64,000 bases of DNA from Felis catus (taxonomy: Eukaryota): assembly GCF_018350175.1 (NCBI RefSeq), contig NC_058368.1:183894001-183958000 (forward strand). The letters run 5' to 3'. The translations under genes and the position numbers were made by a program. The notes under the pieces are model-generated. The model was given only the letters and a program-made list of their open reading frames with translations. It was not told where the DNA came from and made no database searches. This document shows, piece after piece, positions 13,793-27,299 of this stretch; positions within the stretch are counted from its first letter, which is position 1, and every line of letters begins with the position of its first letter.

Positions 13793-14013
13793 TTTTTTTT
13801 TAACATTTTTTTTTTTATTTTTATTTTTGGGTCAGAGAGAGACAGAGCATGAACGGGGGAGGGGCAGAGAGAAAGGGAGACACAGAATCGGAAACAGGCC
13901 CCAAGCTCTGAGCCATCAGCCCAGAGCCCGACCCGGGGCTCGAACTCACGGACCGCGAGATCGTGACCTGGCTGAAGTCGGACGCTTAACCGACTGCGCC
14001 ACCCAGGCGCCCC
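13793..14013 (-). mobile_element. Young CpG-rich felid Can-SINE (SINEC_Fc1-like) nested in L1
   Basis: Many intact CpGs ('cacggaccgcgagatcgtgacctggctgaagtcggacgc'); perfect TSD agtaccatactgtttt at 13777-13792 and 14014-14029. Confidence 0.98.
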
Positions 14014-17000
14014 AGTACCATACTGTTTTGATCACTACAGCTTTGTAACATAAAGAAGTCTGGAATCTTTTATTCACTATACTACTGGAAGTCCTAGTCA
14101 CTGTAATCAGACAACAAAAAGAAATAAAAGGCATCCAAATCGGTAAGAAAAAAGTAAAACTTTCACTATTTTCATATTACATGATACTGTATATATAAAA
14201 CCTGAAAGACTCCACCAAAAACTACTGGAATTGGAAAATAAATTCAGTGAAATAGCAGGATACAAAATCAATGTGCAGAAATCTATTCCACACACTAATA
14301 ATGAAGCAGTAGAAAGAGAATTTTAAAAAAAGAAAGAAACAAATAAAGGGAAATAAAGAAAACAACCCCGTTTACAATTGCACCAAAAATAATAAGATAC
14401 CTAGGAAAAAACCTAATCAAAGAGGTAAAAGACCTGTACTCTGAAAGCTATAAAACATTGATGAAAGAAAGTGAAGATGACACAAAGAAATGGAAAGACA
14501 TTCCATGCTCATTGATTGGAAGAACAAATATTGTTAAAATGTCTATACTACCCAAATGTAATCTACATAGACTTAATAGAATCCCTATCAAAATACCAAC
14601 AGCATTTTTCACAGAACCAGAACAAACAACCTTAAAATTTGTATGCAGCCACAAAAAAGACCAAATAGCCAAAGCAATCTTGAAAAAGAAAAGCAAAGCT
14701 GGAGGCATCACAATTCCATGCTACTCTTCTTCCTAGTACTTAGTATAGTAATAATTTTATATTTATGTGTACAATGAATTATGTTTTTTGCTCTCTGGAC
14801 AAGAACATAAGCTACCTTAGGACAGGGACCACGCCGATGTCTGTCCATCAGTGTCAGTGCAGAGATAGTCAATGAGATGTCGTAACTTCATGGAGCTATT
14901 ACTCTCTTCTTATTTTATAAATAAGGAAACTGGACTTAAAATGTGTGTATTGTTTAAGGTCACAAAGTGGGTGCCCACTGACCTTAAGCTTTGATTTTAA
15001 TCTATTTTTGCAAGAATCTATTTTTCTTCAAGTTTATCCTTGTCCAAACTCCTATTCTGAGTATGGTTCTAATTATATTAAATTGATTTTTACATTTCCT
15101 GTGCTCCTACGCCATGAGTGTAAAATAATTAGAATACTTGCCATTTAACATTTTTTGAATAAAATAATTTACTCCTATCCTCAGAAAATAATGGTAAATA
15201 TTATTTTGATCATTTTCTCATGGTTTTTGTGTGATCATTTCAAAATATTATTCAAACATTACAGAAGTTACTGCCTAGCATCTGGGTATAGGTTTATAGG
15301 TTTCTGAATAATTTATTTAAAATGTATCTTTAAACACTCAGTTCGGTGATTGTCAGTTTAAAAAGTAATTACCTATAATTTTGCCATGTTTTGTGGCATG
15401 AAAAACGTTTTTCCTACTATCCTAACTTTTGTTTTATGTCTACCTCTGGATGGATAGACTAGACAAGACTAAACACATTATACCAGTGTATTCTGAAAGC
15501 AGTCTTATTGATGTTGAAGCTTTTTAAGGAGTTCAAAAAAATGAAAGTAATGGGCTTTGTCATGCCACCAGAAACAAAGTGGTTTTAGTTCTTAAAGAAC
15601 TGCTTAGAACAACATGGCAAGCAGTACAATCAAATTATTTCGTCTGCTTGTCTAACACGAAGGCAACATTATCAACTGACATCCTGCAGCTCTGAGATAA
15701 GACTCTGGAGAAAGGCCTGGGAAAACTGTGTTTATCTTACAGGAGACAATGATTAGGTAATTTGGACATTTCATATTTAATAAAAACTATTTAAATCAGA
15801 AACCATCAGACCTGCACTGATGGGACTTACATTTATATTGTACCCTCTGTCTGTCTCCAAAAAGTGATTGAATCCTTTTCATTTTTAAGAAGTACTCTTT
15901 AAAATGAAGGAAGCGTGTTAAATGCTTGGAATTACTTTTAAATTAAACCATACAGCTGACATGAATAAAAGGGGACCTCCTAAAGTGCTCTGTAATGATA
16001 GGGAGAGCAACCAGCTAGCAACCACTTAACTTGTTTTTCCTTAGTAGGTTTGATCTGCGCTGCAATGACAATATTGAAAATGATTTCTGGTCCTCACTGA
16101 TATCACAAATCATAACTTCCATAAAGCTATAGGAGTAATCAAAGATCCATTTCCGCGGTAATTCATACGTGCATGTGCCCATACAGGAAATGCTCACTGT
16201 TTTATAATCAGGCCCGAAAACATTTTTCATTCATCTCCCGTTTTATTAAAGCTGTGGAAAGGAGGAAAAGATGGGATCAAATGCTAAAAAAAAAATGAGT
16301 TTAGAAAGCAAGGCAGTCTCACTTTTTAAAGTCAAAATTTACATGCTATATACCCTCAATTTTCAATTGAACTGTATTTCATAAAGTAATCATAGAAACG
16401 GCTTTTTTTCACAGCAAAGGACTTTTTGAATCTTCAAATCAAAATTTAAAATGCGCAACTTTGAACTCCTATGCTGAATAAATCATAATAATTAAGATCT
16501 CATTTTTTAAGAAATCATATTATATAGGTGAACAGGAATGAAAGAAAACTGTCTGTACCCTTTCTAATAAGATAGATTCAATGCATCTCTGATTTAGTTA
16601 CACACTGACATGGTGTGTTTGCGCATGTGGTGGGGGTGGTATTGTACATATCTGCACACCAAGACATATGTAAGCACAAAAGAATTTATCTGGGTAGTGG
16701 AGACATTCTCTCAACACTGTCTAAGCTTTATGCAAAAGAGTCCTGCAAGTTATTAGGGATTTTAGCTTCATTTTAGTAGTGTTCCCTAAGAATTTTTGGC
16801 ATAAGATTCTAACTGAATGCACAAAGACAACTACTGCTGGCCCTTAGACAGGAAAATAACATAACACACATACAATTCAGCTTCAGCCTTTGATATATTT
16901 ATGTGTTGGATTCCAACTGCAACTTGTGGATTTCCACAAAAGTAGGATTATTTATAGTACAACACTGCAAGACACTAACAATAAAAAAATAGGCATCCAA

Positions 17001-17126
17001 GTGATGAATTCAAGTAACAGCCTAAAAACTGAAGAAGGTAATACGAGGATCAGCATTACGTATGGAATGATTTAATCATATAATTAAGTCCCCACACAAT
17101 GTTTTTTATAATTACAAAATAGAACA

Positions 17127-17335
17127 GGGGGTGCCTGGGTGCTCAGTCGGTTAGCTTCCAACTTTGGCTCAGGTCGTGATCTCAGGGTTCCTTAGTTCAA
17201 GCCCCGCATGAGGCTATCTCCTGTCAGCGCAGAGCCCACTTTGGATCTGTCTTCCTCCCTCTCTGCCCCTCCCCCACTCACACTTGTGCACCTGCACCCT
17301 ATCTCTCTCTCTCAAAAATAAACGTTTAAAAAAAA
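17127..17335 (+). mobile_element. Can-SINE
   Basis: Starts gggggtgcctgggtgctcagtcgg, CT tract, A tail; TSD core tagaaca on both sides. Confidence 0.95.
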
Positions 17336-17973
17336 CTAGAACAAAAATGGGTGAAACTTTGTCAATTGCTTATATAATAATGAAAGATTAGGTTATGGAT
17401 ATAGGAGAGCTAGGAATGTATGAGTGCCATTATACCTATCGTTCACTTAAGGGAATTATAAACCTCACCCATATTGAAAACTATAGTTAAACATTACTTC
17501 TACTAATATTTTTATAGTATTTTTAATCTGAGAATGACCTTTTAAGAACTAATATATCCTTATATGAGACAAAAAAAAACCACATTTATCTCCCCTTTAA
17601 CAATTTCTACAATTTATCTTTAAATTCCTTATCTTGTTTTGGGTTGAAATACAACAAATTTAAATGCTAAAAACTAGTATCAACCTATTTTACTACAATT
17701 ATGCTTCCCTAGCTATCTCTCCTTTAGCTATGTATATTCTAAGAGAGACACTATCAACTACGTTCCCCTAACCTTGACAACGGTTATCTGTGATTGGATA
17801 CCCTGAGACATTTGTCTCTTCTTATATATTTTTTTTCAAATTTGCTGTTTGTATTGTTTTAAAATTTAATGCAAAAATATTTACAAAGGGAGTAATTTTT
17901 ATTTTAAAACAGATTTATCACTTATTTTGAGAACCTAACATGACTGATATTTTTATATATGAAAGAAATGCTC

Positions 17974-18212
17974 AGGAGCGCTTGGGTGGCTCAGTCAGTT
18001 AAGTATTCAACTCTTGATTTTGGCTCAGGTCATGGTCTCATACTCATGAGATTGAGCCCTGCCTTAGGCTGTGCGCTGAGCATGAATCCTGCTTAAGAGT
18101 CTCCCTCTCTCTCCCAATCCCTCTACCCCTCCCCGGCTTATATGCATGCCTACACACACACTCTCTCTCTCAAAAGAAAAAAGAAAAAATAGAAAAAGAA
18201 AAAGAAAAAGAA
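17974..18212 (+). mobile_element. Can-SINE (older subfamily) with (GAAAAA)n tail
   Basis: 'gcgcttgggtggctcagtcagttaag...cttgattttggctcaggtcatgg'; TSD aaagaaatgct at 17962-17972 and 18213-18223. Confidence 0.95.
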
Positions 18213-18223
18213 AAAGAAATGCT

Positions 18224-18410
18224 AATACATACAGTAGTGATTAAATAAACTGTGTTATGTCCATAAGGAAAATGATATAATTGTGTTTCCAAAAAGTAGA
18301 CAGATCTGTATGCACTAATATGGAATGTGCCCCAGGATATCTATAAGTGGGGGGAAATCAAAGGATAAGATGGTGTGTAAACTTTGATCCATTTTTTGAA
18401 AAAAAAACTT
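18224..18410 (+). mobile_element. Ancient L1 (L1ME-like) 3' fragment
   Basis: 'gattaaataaactgtgttatgtccata...gatctgtatgcactaatatggaatgtgccccaggatat' resembles old L1M 3' ends. Confidence 0.55.
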
Positions 18411-18883
18411 TTAAAATTACAAATGATTAGAAAATTATACTTGATTTTGATGATAAAATACACCTAATTTCTAAAAGTAATTCTGTCACCTAACAAACCA
18501 AAAAATTATTCCCCAAGCTACAAACTGAATGTGCATTTTGCTTATCTAATTTTCCTTTTCTTGCTTCAAAGATGTGAATTATTTCTTTGGACACATAAAC
18601 TCCAAATACTATAATGGCTTAGATTCTTTGGTATTTCTGGTGACCCATAATCTCTTCTCCATAGAATCACTAAGTTCTTTACTTTTTCGTTTAACAAGGT
18701 CTCATAGACAACAATGTTTTGTTCATATTTGCTCATTCTATTTTCCTTAACCTTTGAAAGAAATTCAAAATCATTTTCTACTATAGTAATATACCTAAAA
18801 TATTACCTTTATTTCCTTTTACTTAGGATGTCAAATGGTGGCTCCCCAAGGAAATAATGTTTGCAAATAGTAATTTCAATTTA

Positions 18884-19109
18884 GGGGCGCCTGGGTGTCT
18901 CAGTTGGTTAAGCATCTGACTTCAGCTCAGGTCATGATCTTATGGTTCGTGAGTTTGAGCCCCACGTCAAGCTCTGTGCTGACAACACAGAGCCTGGAGC
19001 CTGCTTCAGATTCTTGTCTCTCTCTCTGTCTGCCCCTCCCCCGCTCATGCTCTATCTCTGTCTCTCACAGATAAATATTAAAAATTTAAAAATAAATAAC
19101 TAAATAAAA
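18884..19109 (+). mobile_element. Can-SINE (SINEC_Fc type)
   Basis: ggggcgcctggg head; TSD taatttcaRttta at 18871-18883 and 19110-19122. Confidence 0.97.
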
Positions 19110-22100
19110 TAATTTCAGTTTATATCTAAAAAACAAAGGATTTACACAAGTGCTTTCATATAGCTAATTTCTTATGATTAATCTATCTCTCTGATTCTCA
19201 TCTTTCTTGGGTATATGTTAATTGGAAATTGGTATGCATAAAAAAAGGCAAGTAAGACATTTTTATGCTAAAATGCTTGAAAGGTTAAATATATCATCTA
19301 GTAAACTTGTTTCATGTATTTAACTGAATGTTCCTTGTCTCTCCCCATAGTTAAAAACCACAAAGGACACAGTTACTTGAACTTTCTAAATATGTTCAAA
19401 ATATAATTATTTCCAATACTAGCCAGCTTCTACTGCTGTTAAAAAAGAAAGACAGAGACTACTGCAGCTTAGAGAGAACTCCGACAGTCTTCGCTAGTTA
19501 AAATTGAAACTCACAGAGCATGACCTGTCATCTCTCTCTCTCTGTCATGAATCTTTGCTATTACTAATTTTCTGCAAGCGATATAGTGACCTTAGGGCTG
19601 ATTAATTAGCTGTTGGTTTATGTATTTTACAACATTAATTGTGAAAGCCCTCTCTATTACTTCATGGTTTGATTAACCTTGTTACTGCGTAGAAATTAGA
19701 AATGGAGAAGCCTCGTTAGATTGTCTCTGACATTTTGAAAGGATTTTAACTCGTTAACTGGAACACACACTTCTATACTGTTTTTAGAAGCTCAGTATAC
19801 CCTTCATATCAGCAAATACCAGCCTATCTTTTGATGATCACTTTTTTTGATGGTTGTGGCTCCCCTCCCCAGTCCTAGGCAATTTTCCTTTGCTTTTACC
19901 ATAAATTTTCTTCCCTACTGGCTCTGAATTTTTTAAATCTGTTGCAGTATGTTTTAAAGTCTGAACTGAATTGCCATACTAATTCAGACTTTAAAACAGA
20001 CTAATGCATGGTCTATATTAGCCTATTCTTGGAGGAGGTCCTATTTATTCTGAGAATAAAACAGTCCAAAGAGAATAAGCCAGGTCATTTCAGCAGCTAC
20101 ATCATTTCCTACCTGTTAAACATCTTTAGAAACTTTATTAGCTGTCTCAAGCCACAGAAATGTCTATTTATTTAAAAATGTCTTTCGCATTAGGGTACTA
20201 GTGCTTACAAGAGAAAATTTAACTTCAAAAGTAGCTTAAAATAATTAAAATGTAACTGGATTACAAAAAGAAAATGACTCAAGAATAGGTTGCTTAATTT
20301 CCTTCTCAACTTCTTCTGGGGGGTTGTAAAGCTCATTTATTACTCTTAACTATGATACAGAAAAGACAGATATGTCTTTTGATACAGAAAAGATTTTTTA
20401 AGAAAAGTCAAATGCTTGATTAAACAAAAAAGACAGTAGTCTCCTCTATTCCAAATTAAAAAAAAAGTATTCTATAAGATCATAAACCAAGACGTTTGGT
20501 GATCAATGGTATATGAGCTCATAAGAGCTCACAAATAGAATATATTTGCTTAAAGGTCTAATTAAAAGAATGTAAAAATGTTCTCAGGTCAAAATTAACA
20601 TTTAAGATTTTAATGAGATTTTTCACTCAATAAATACGTGTTGATTGATCAAGGTCTTTCTTTTTTCCCTTCTAGACTTAAAAAGAAAGTCAAGATTGAT
20701 CTTGTCATTTGTTTTGCAGCCTTCACATTGCTTCCCTTTACTTTGATTTCTATCCCTAACCTGACTCGCAATACATGAAAGTAACATGAGACCTCTGTGT
20801 AGTTGAACGGAGATGCTGTGCCCATATTTTATGAGAGAAGCAAGATGCCAGAACAGTGAGTTGATTAAGGTATGCCTAGTGCCAATTCTATCTCGGTACC
20901 TAAAATCTTGTACCATGTAATGTGATGTTAGCTCGTGCTTGTAGATTGTTCACATTTATGTATGGAATGTATGAATACACATGCATGTAGGACGCATGAA
21001 TGTGTATATCTCTGTGTGTGTTTTCAGTAACCGGGGCCAAATCTTGATGGTCCTAGGTAAGGGCTACTTTGTACCCTAAAGCTCTTTCTTATGCTCTTTC
21101 CCTTAACATAAGCCTAACATTTTGTGATACTCTTTCTCCATTGCTTTTTCAATTTTCTTTCTGATCTTGATTGTGAAGAGAAGCTTCTTTCATCTTGTCA
21201 CCCTTTCTCAATAGGATCACTCTCTTCCCCACTAGTAACCATCTTCAAAAAGACCCCAGAGCACCTTAACTTCTCATCTCTCCCTGCTCACGTCCCAGTC
21301 AGGGATTGGTTTTTATGTCTAATTCATGTAAAGGTAAAGAAATGACAAAGCAGTTTCTCTACATTAGGTTAATCATTTTAGCCAAAATGACGGCTTTAGT
21401 TTAAACTGAATATTTGATTTTTCTAAAACTTAGATAGTTTCTAACTAGAAATTATTATTAATGCACTGTGCTTTTATTTTTACCTATTCACCAAACATTT
21501 ACTAACTCTAACAACATGCCAGTTACAATGTCAAGTGCCAGAAATATGAAAACATATAGTGAAGACACATCACTATATTTTACACGAATTTAGCCCACAC
21601 GCTTAGAGGTTGTAAAAGATGTTCCCCATTATGGAAGAGCTACCTTTTCCCGTAAACTACTGTTTCATATTTACTCAATATCTGAGGAGGATATTAATTA
21701 CCCTAAGGGAAATTATCCTTAGGGAAATAATTTATAATTAATTGACCTATATATTATAGAAAACAATTACTTATTTTTCAACATAATTTAGACTTTATTT
21801 TTAAGGACTTATCATTTCCTTTGTATTAACGTTTTAGAAATATCAACGTTTCAGGTTATAGATTATGTTCATAGCCTAATGAAAAATCATTCTCTTTTAG
21901 AAAGCTTTCCAATACTGAATTTTCTAATTCAGTGTTAGTGTAGTGTGGGATTATTTTTACCCTTATTCTTACTTTGCTTACGGAAAAGATTTTGCACTTG
22001 TCATATGAATTGGAAAAACTGAAGACTTTGCTACTATATATAAAAGTTTGTAATAAGTTTGACAATATAGACTTTCTGCTTAAATTCAAATCAATGGCCA

Positions 22101-22689
22101 GGGCAGGGGGGAAGTTGCTCTTTGGATTAACTCCAAAACCTCCTAACTTTCAAAGTGTGTTTCTGCAAAGGTCAGTTCTTCAAGAAAATAATTTGATATA
22201 GGTGAAACTCGTTAGCACCAGCATCATGAACTAGATTTTCTCAGGCCAGAAGTAATCAAAACTAGAACCAAGCAAGCAAAATTATAGGACCATTTTTAAT
22301 AATAGCAAATGTTACCTGAACTTAGTCTCTGATGTTCATCAAATAGAAAAGTAAGAATTAATACATGTTAATCTAACATAAATTTGGGGTATCCAAGTGA
22401 ATGTTATCATGTATGAGGAATTAATAAAAATATATTAATTTTTACAACATTTTAATATTTTGCCAATTTTGAAGGTCTATGCTGATTGTGCTTGTCACCA
22501 TTTCACGGTAAGGGCATACATTACATTGGCACACATGCTGGATCTTCTGCAACAGTGGGTTTTGAAGCCTGAGAATATTTCTAGCAATCTTCCAAATAAT
22601 TAAATAACACTTAAAATTATCTGATTCTATAATAAAACCTATGGAATAACATATAAACTAGGGCCCTTGTGATACAATCATTAATGGAG

Positions 22690-23350
22690 TAGGAAGAGTT
22701 CTTTTCCCCTTCTCAAAGCACTTACTTCATAGTCCTCATGCCTTTCTGGTTCCTCTCTTTTATAAGTTCAACAGCATCTGCCAAGGTACAGCTGTCATAA
22801 TTTCTCAAGGCTCTATCCTAATCCTTTCTTGTTTTCACTCTGTACTTACTCCCTAAGACTGTCGTACACACCCATGTCTTTATTATTCCCTATACACATC
22901 TCCCCAGAGCTTTAGATCCATACACCTTAATTACTTCAAGTCCTCTTTAAACATAATTGCATCCCGAGTCCAATATTGCCAAAACTGGACCCAACCAAGC
23001 CCATACACTTCAAAAGAACTTTAATAAATACCGGATTTTTTTCCCTGAAATTCTCTTTCCTCCCATGTTTTCTAGCTAACTCCTGCATATTCTTTAATCT
23101 CATCAGTTTCTATATCTTCCAAACAAGATCAAATTCTCTTAAACTCTCAATTAACTCTGAACCTCCCCTTCAGATGGTCTATAAACATTATAATTTAGGG
23201 GCATCTGGGTGGCTCAGTTGATTCAGTGTTTGATTCTTGATTTCAGCCCGGATCATGATCCCAGAGTGGTAGGATCGAGCTCCCGCAGCACCAAGCCTGC
23301 TTGAGATTCTCTCTCTCTCTCCCTCTCCCCCTCTCCCCTGGCCGTGCTCA

Positions 23351-23390
<40 letters not shown>

Positions 23391-23587
23391 AAAATAAAAT
23401 TTAAAAAGTAATCATAATTTAACTAAAATATCTACACAATTAAAATGCAACATTGGTTTCTACCATTGAGTGTCACTGCCAAGAGGACTGAAACTATGTC
23501 TATGAGTGTTCATTACTATATTGTCAGTGGCCAGCATAGTGCAGGACCAGAGGGAAATACCAAAAAAATATTTGTTGAATAAATGAG
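22690..23587 (+). mobile_element. L2 LINE remnant, interrupted by a SINE
   Basis: L2-like 'ctcaaggctctatcctaatcctttcttgttttcactctgtacttactccctaag' and L2 3' end 'cagcatagtgcagg...aaatatttgttgaataaatga'. Confidence 0.65.
23198..23410 (+). mobile_element. Can-SINE (older subfamily)
   Basis: ggggcatctgggtggctcag head, long (CT)n; TSD atYataattta at 23187-23197 and 23411-23421. Confidence 0.94.
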
Positions 23588-24392
23588 AGTGGGTCAATGA
23601 ATGGACAGAATTACTGCTAAACTTCAACTAAAGGAAGAGCGAAACCTTCATGTGAATATCATTTTAACTAAAAGGTATAATCAGTGTGAAAATCAGGCGC
23701 TCTACCAAAAACATATTGATTTGGCTCATCATACCACCAGACAGCTCACGAAGGGTAAGGGAGAATTTAAATTAGCCAGGTCCTCCTTGGGATATGGAAT
23801 GACTTGGAAATTAATAACTTTATCTGAATAGTGGCTTAGCTGCCATAGAGAGTAAATTTTAAAATGTTATTTTCTTTTCAAATTTCCAGTGATGATTTCT
23901 GTTCTACAAATGTAAAGATGCTATTACAAAGCACAATTTATCTGATGAATACTAATCAACATGGAGACACAAATATAATAGTTTTAGCTGCAAAACAGCA
24001 ATAATACAAAAGCAACCAATGTCATATTTCAATCAAGTAACACACACTTTTGGGGTTTCTATCTCAGAAAAAAAATTATATTGTAGGTATAACCATTTAT
24101 GTTACATCCTCAGCATAGTTCCCACACAGACTAGACATATGGATCTGAGACTTGTGGGGAACATCTTGAACACATAATAGTCTGAAAATAACCGAAATGG
24201 TAGTCCATGGCTCAGTGATTCTATAGTTCTCATTAATCCTTCCCATTAAAAAAATTGCATTAGCAAGATTCACAGGAACATTTATCTAAACAGAGCACGT
24301 ATCCCAGCATATCTGGAACACTTCTGTTTTCAGATATTCAACTACTTATTATTTCACATGATCTGGTTTTTCACTAAGAGAATATGGTCATC

Positions 24393-25576
24393 ACTTTCTT
24401 ACACCATACACAAAAATAAACACAACATGGATTAAAGACCTAAATGTGAGACCTGGAACCTAGAAAGGGCACAGGTAGTAATCCCTCTGACAACAGCTGT
24501 AGCAATATTTTTCTACATATTGTCCATGAGGCAAAGAAAATAAAAGCAAAAATAAACCATTGGGACTATCTCAAAATAAAAGGTTTCTGTACAGTGAGGG
24601 AAACAATAAACAAAACTAAAAGGCAACCTATGGAATGGGAGAAGGTATTTGCAAATAACATATTCAATAAAGGGTTAGTATACAGAATATATAAAGAACT
24701 TACACAAATCAATACCAAAAAACAAATAATCCAATTAAAAATGGGCAGAAGACATGAATAGACATTTCTCCAAAGAAGACATCCAGATGGCCTACAGACA
24801 CATGAAAAGATGTGCAACATCATCAGGGAAGTGCAAATCAGAACTACAATCAGATATTACCTCCCAACTGTCAGAATGGCTAAAATAAAAAAAAACACAA
24901 GAAAGAAGTGTTGGTGAGGATGCAGAGAAAAAGGACTTGCACTGTTGGGGGCAATTCAAACTGGTGCAGCTACTGTAAAAAAACAATATGGAGGTTCCTC
25001 AAAAGGTAAAAACAGAAGCACCATGAGATCTAGTAATTCCACTACTGGGTATTTACCCAAAGAATATGACAACAATGATTTGAAAAGATATATGCACCCT
25101 TCTGTTTACTGCAACATTGTTTACAATAGCCAAGTTGTGGGAGCAGTTCAAGTGTCCATCGAGAAATGAATGGATAAAGAAGTGACAGATAGATAATTTA
25201 TTCAGTCACAAAAAAATGGTATCTTGCCATTTGCAACAATATGCATGGACCGAGAGAGTATAATGCTAAGTGAAATAAGATGGTCAGAAGAAAGACAATT
25301 ACCACAGGATTGCGCTCATATGTGAAATTTAAGAAACAAAACAAATGTACAAAGAAAAAAAAGAGACAAACCCAAAACAGACTCTTAACTATACAGAACA
25401 AACTGAGGGTCACCAAGGGGAGTTGGGTGGTAGAGTGGGTGAAATAGATGAAGGGGATTTATAGTACACTTCCCTTGACAAGCACAGAGTAATGTAGTGA
25501 GTTGTTGAATCACTTACTGTACACCTGAAACTAATACAGCACTGTTTGTTAACTATACTGGAACTAAAATTTTAAA
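24393..25576 (+). mobile_element. 5'-truncated carnivore L1 (ORF2 C-terminus plus 3'UTR)
   Basis: Runs from 'tttcttacaccatacacaaaaataaa' to 'aactatactggaactaaaat'; TSD core atatggtcatc at 24382-24392 and 25582-25592. Confidence 0.93.
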
Positions 25577-25719
25577 GAAGGATATGGTCATCTTATATGA
25601 AATATAAAGAAATAATATAAAAAAAACTAGTGCATGGAAAGTAGGCTTCTTTGTAAGTTTGATATTTAACAGAAGTAATAATGATTAATTCATTTATTAA
25701 TTAGAAGATGATTCAGTTT

Positions 25720-25979
25720 GAGGCAACCAGGTGTCTCAATCGGTTGAGCATCTGACTTTTGATTTCAGCCCAGGTTGCCCAGGTGTGTAGGATAAAAAGC
25801 CCCATGTCAGGGTCAACGCTGAGTGTGGAGCCTGCCTAAGATTCTCCCTCCCTCCCTTCTCTCTCTTTCTCTCTCTCTCTCTCTCTGTTCCCCTCTGTCC
25901 CTCTACCCTGCTCGGTCCTCGGTGCTCCCTCTATCCCTCCTCTCTCTCTTTCTCCCAAGCAAACAAACAAAAATGCTAA
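25720..25979 (+). mobile_element. Old diverged Can-SINE
   Basis: Degenerate head and CT tract; perfect 15-bp TSD aagatgattcagttt at 25705-25719 and 25980-25994. Confidence 0.92.
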
Positions 25980-27014
25980 AAGATGATTCAGTTTTAGGAA
26001 ACCTTTTAAATGCCAATATTTGACGTGATGTATTAAAATGTTAGGCATTCTGTGGAAAAATATTAAATTTCTAGTGTCACAAGCTTGTTAAAGGATGCTT
26101 ATCAATGTAATGGAATAGAATGAGAATGGGAATAAAAATAGAAAATATTTGAAAGTGTCTTTATTTAAATTTATTGACTATAGAAAGAATGTTTCTCTTC
26201 AAACTAAATGTTTCAGTATTTTCATAAGGACTTTCCTGTCATTTCTTTTGATCCCAGCTAATACTTTTGTTGTCAAATTCTTAAGAAATTTTGGCTTTGA
26301 TCCACTTATACCCATTCTGGACAAGGGTAAAGGTGAGAAAATGTGGCGAAGATAGGTTTCTTTTATCCAAAGGTGAAATAGAGTATCTAAGAGAATATTT
26401 TATGGACCTTTAGATACCTGGTAATGGCATGCATGGTGGTGACAAAACAGCTAAAATGCCAAAGAATAAGGATTGCAGATAAGGTCTATAGCCAGGCGTT
26501 TCTTCTTGTCCTTTCATCATGGTTTGTTGCCATAACCGAAAGTTAAAAAGGGGGAGTATTTTAATATTTTGGTTGATAACTTCTCTGTGCCTCCATCTAC
26601 ATCTCAATCCTATGGAGCTACAGCACTTGGAATTGTATTTTAACTAACTCTATATGCAACATGCCAATTCTCACCTTTTCTATCTTACCTTTAAAATCAT
26701 CATATGAAAATGACCAAAGCCCATATAGCAAGATATCATATTTCTGAATTATTCACAAAAACAACACAATAGGACCTTTGGGAGGTTAAAACCTCTCTCG
26801 AACTTCATTCTAACAACTGCACATACAAAAAAGACGTATCGCAGAGAAAAATGAAATGACTACCTAGACGTAAGAGCAGATTTGACTATTAGCAATGCCC
26901 TTGATTTTAGTGAGAAAATGAATCACCATTTTTTTAAACCAAAAATATGAAAAAATGCTACTCTGGCTTAAAAGAAACACTGTTACACATTATGAAACAT
27001 GGGGCTCTAAAACA

Positions 27015-27260
27015 CATTATGGATGCCAGAGTTAGAAAGAACTTATGAATTAATTAGAGGGGTGTTTTGAATCTTGCTTCCACTCTCACTCTATGTGAGA
27101 TACTAGGCAAAATCATTTATCTTTTTCTTAAATTCATCTGTAAAATAAAGGCAATAATAATGCCTAAATGTGTTACTATGAAAATTAAATGAGATAATCT
27201 GACACAAACTGTCTACCACAGTGGCTAGCATATATAAACACTCAAGAGTTATTTTTACTA
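27015..27260 (+). mobile_element. MIR
   Basis: 'ggcaaaatcatttatc...catctgtaaaataaaggcaataataatgcct...aaattaaatgagataat...cacagtggctagcatatataaacactcaa'. Confidence 0.8.
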
Positions 27261-27299
27261 TTAACATCAATATTACTGAGTGGATTCTAAGACAACAGT

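Larger units (their letters stand above)
12461..14718 (-). mobile_element. Carnivore L1, 5'-truncated with 5' inversion, containing a (TA)/(TG) repeat and a nested SINE
   Basis: Minus segment 12461-14066 (3'UTR plus ORF2 C-term, e.g. [14 protein letters not shown]); plus segment 14067-14718 (ORF2 ...[23 protein letters not shown]...KAGGITIP); degenerate TSD ccatgcagctcttttt (12445-12460) vs ccatgctactcttctt (14716-14731). Confidence 0.9.

Noticed and set aside
13758..14048. SINE-spanning ORFs (GAWVAQSVK..., RGRGREKGRHRI...), also at 3751, 34586, 37487 and 46464
   Set aside because: Standard read-through translations of Can-SINEs.
16015..16230. 71-aa minus ORF or a coding exon after 'ttttccttag'
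   Set aside because: No recognisable protein and no convincing paired splice sites; kept only as a candidate non-coding element.
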